DNA from: a virus
Taxonomy: Duplodnaviria > Caudoviricetes
Length of the DNA: 27,144 nucleotides
IMG/VR virus record: IMGVR_UViG_3300012352_000546
Coordinates: 1 to 27,144 of that record
Strand: one strand, 5' to 3'
The notes beneath the pieces were generated by a model. That model ran no database searches. It had not been told where the DNA came from and saw nothing but the letters and a program-made list of their open reading frames with translations. This document shows positions 25,268 through 27,144 of the stretch, piece by piece; within the stretch, counting starts at the first letter, position 1, and every line of letters begins with the position of its first letter. The translations under genes and the position numbers were made by a program.

Positions 25268-27144
25268 ATGATATTCCAAAGAATAAACTTTCACGATAAC
25301 AAACTGCCTGTTTTCAAAGAGAACAAGGCAAAGGGATTCGTGACTTTTGGTGCAGACAATCTCTATCCTGATTTCCTCATTGAGTTATTCAATAAATCAC
25401 CCAAACACAATGCCATCGTTTCTGCCAAAGCATCTTATGTTGCTGGAATAGGTACGGAGGTATTTGGTTCAAGCACGGAGGAGATTGCAAAAGCCGAAGC
25501 CAAACTCAAAAATATAAACGCCTACGAGACCTACGAAGAACTCAAAGCAAAAGTTGCTTATGATACCGAGTTGTTCAACGGGTTTGCAGTTGAGGTGATT
25601 TGGAACAAGGCAAAGACCGCACCTTCCGAGTATTATCACATCCCTTTCAAGAATGTCCGTAAAGGGCTTGAGGGTGATTATGTATATTGCGCTGACTGGA
25701 CAGACAACAAAGCGGAGAAAATCCACTATCAACCATACAACCCAATCACAAGGGAATCCAAGCAAATATATTATTGTCAATTTTACCGTCCCGGACAAGG
25801 CGAATACCCCTTACCTGATTATGTAGGTGCGTTGAAATACATTGAAGTTGATACCGAGATATCCAACTATTATTTGAACTCCATTAAAAACGGATTCACG
25901 GCACAAACTCACATCCAGTTATTCAAAGGAATTCCCACACCTGAAGAAGCTCGTGCAACTGCAAGGAGATTCAAAGAGAACTACCAAGGCACGGACAATG
26001 CCGGTGGGTTAATTATCCAATATAACGATCCAACAGAGAAGGAATCTGTTATCAACAACCTTCAGCCATCGGATTTTGACAAGCAATTTGACTTGTTGAA
26101 TAAGACCGTACAACAAGAGATATTTGTTGCACACAAGGTAAACTCTCCAATGTTGTTTGGAGTTCGTGTAGAGGGACAATTGGGTGGTCGTAGCGAGTTG
26201 ATTGAAGCCTATGAGATGTTCCATCACGCATACATTGAACCCCGTCAACAAAAGATTGATGACACCTTTGCGTACTTGCTTGAACCTATCGCATCTGTTC
26301 GTTTAGAAACCATCAACAAACCACCAATCGGTCTTGACTATCAGGCGTTGTTCACCGCTGGAGTTATCACAAACGAAGAAGCGAGAAAGGAACTTGGATT
26401 GCCATTGATTACTGATGTGAAACAATCATCTTTGAACGATGCCATCAATGCTTTGAGTCCGTTGGTTGCAAACAATGTGTTGTCAAATATGACAATTAAC
26501 GAGAAACGCCAATTGGCAAATCTTCCACCGATTGCTGGAGGGGATGCATTGCCATCCGCAGCACCAGTTGAAGCCGTTGCATTGTCAAAACAAAATCCTT
26601 TTGGATGGGATGATGAAAGGGACATCAAGGTATTTCAACAATACGGAGAGAGTGCAGACAATTTTGAAGCGTACAAGTTTGAATTCGTGGATGCCGTTGA
26701 AACTGCCATCTTAAATGTGTTGAAAGAGAACAAAGGTTTGCAAGTTGGAGACATCGTTAACATAACCAAACTGGATGCAAAGGTTGTCGCTGATGCCATT
26801 GCTAAACTTGCCAAAGCAGAGTTGATCAAATCATACGAGGATGGTCTTGAAACAACCCCGAAAGGAGTTGAAGAGGTAAAGAGATTGCAAACCGAAATTG
26901 TGGTGCGTTACAAATACGGATTGGCTGCTGGTATTGATGGACCAATGATCATTCCCGGTTCAAGAGATTTCTGTCGTCAAATTGATGGAAGCAATCGTGT
27001 ATATTCAAGAGAGGATATCAATGCGATGTCAACTCAATTGGGATACGATGTATGGAAGAGGAGAGGTGGTTGGTATCACAACCCCACATTGGATGTGAAC
27101 ACTCCACAATGTAGACACGTGTGGAAACAAGAACTGCTCAGAAG
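25268..27144 (+). CDS. Portal protein with C-terminal extension (partial, runs off the window)
   Basis: Absent from the ORF track because there is no stop; hand translation gives FGADNLYP..LIELFNKSPKHNAI, YPLPDY, NGF, AHKVNSPMLFG and TNEEAR..LGLP. Confidence 0.85.
   Translation, partial: MIFQRINFHDNKLPVFKENKAKGFVTFGADNLYPDFLIELFNKSPKHNAIVSAKASYVAGIGTEVFGSSTEEIAKAEAKLKNINAYETYEELKAKVAYDTELFNGFAVEVIWNKAKTAPSEYYHIPFKNVRKGLEGDYVYCADWTDNKAEKIHYQPYNPITRESKQIYYCQFYRPGQGEYPLPDYVGALKYIEVDTEISNYYLNSIKNGFTAQTHIQLFKGIPTPEEARATARRFKENYQGTDNAGGLIIQYNDPTEKESVINNLQPSDFDKQFDLLNKTVQQEIFVAHKVNSPMLFGVRVEGQLGGRSELIEAYEMFHHAYIEPRQQKIDDTFAYLLEPIASVRLETINKPPIGLDYQALFTAGVITNEEARKELGLPLITDVKQSSLNDAINALSPLVANNVLSNMTINEKRQLANLPPIAGGDALPSAAPVEAVALSKQNPFGWDDERDIKVFQQYGESADNFEAYKFEFVDAVETAILNVLKENKGLQVGDIVNITKLDAKVVADAIAKLAKAELIKSYEDGLETTPKGVEEVKRLQTEIVVRYKYGLAAGIDGPMIIPGSRDFCRQIDGSNRVYSREDINAMSTQLGYDVWKRRGGWYHNPTLDVNTPQCRHVWKQELLR

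Noticed and set aside
1042-26829. Minus-strand ORFs in the ORF track
   Set aside because: All lie antisense to well-supported + strand genes and show no recognisable motifs; treated as shadow ORFs.
1-27144. Stop-codon reassignment (as in some Bacteroidota phages)
   Set aside because: Genes are full length under code 11, and TAG, TGA and TAA all terminate genes at sensible positions.

Overview
A 27 kb, entirely + strand, densely overlapping segment of a tailed dsDNA phage (Caudoviricetes, probably siphovirus-like). The host is most likely Bacteroidota/Flavobacteriia, judged from TAnnTTTG promoters and A-rich, mostly SD-less start regions. Gene order: an array of small genes sharing a MTNNKQQT leader; replication initiator and DnaB helicase; HNH, DnaA-HTH and sigma-like regulators; packaging HNH, TerS, two glycosyltransferases and TerL; an HNH; a frameshifted tail chaperone; tail proteins and tape measure; prohead protease, an HNH, scaffold and major capsid; tail tube; fibre; lysis genes; and a portal truncated by the window end. 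The most notable non-standard signals are (1) a cassette-like gene array bounded by a 23-bp 5' repeat and a GGAGG..GARCAATGA 3' repeat, with a fifth copy 6 kb away; (2) a two-hairpin 5' leader with exactly complementary 7-nt loops before the replication initiator; (3) a bipartite TGnnnCA-N13-GCTATTT motif just before late gene starts; and (4) a 170-bp intergenic array of palindromes. All protein calls come from motif recognition by eye, not from database searches.
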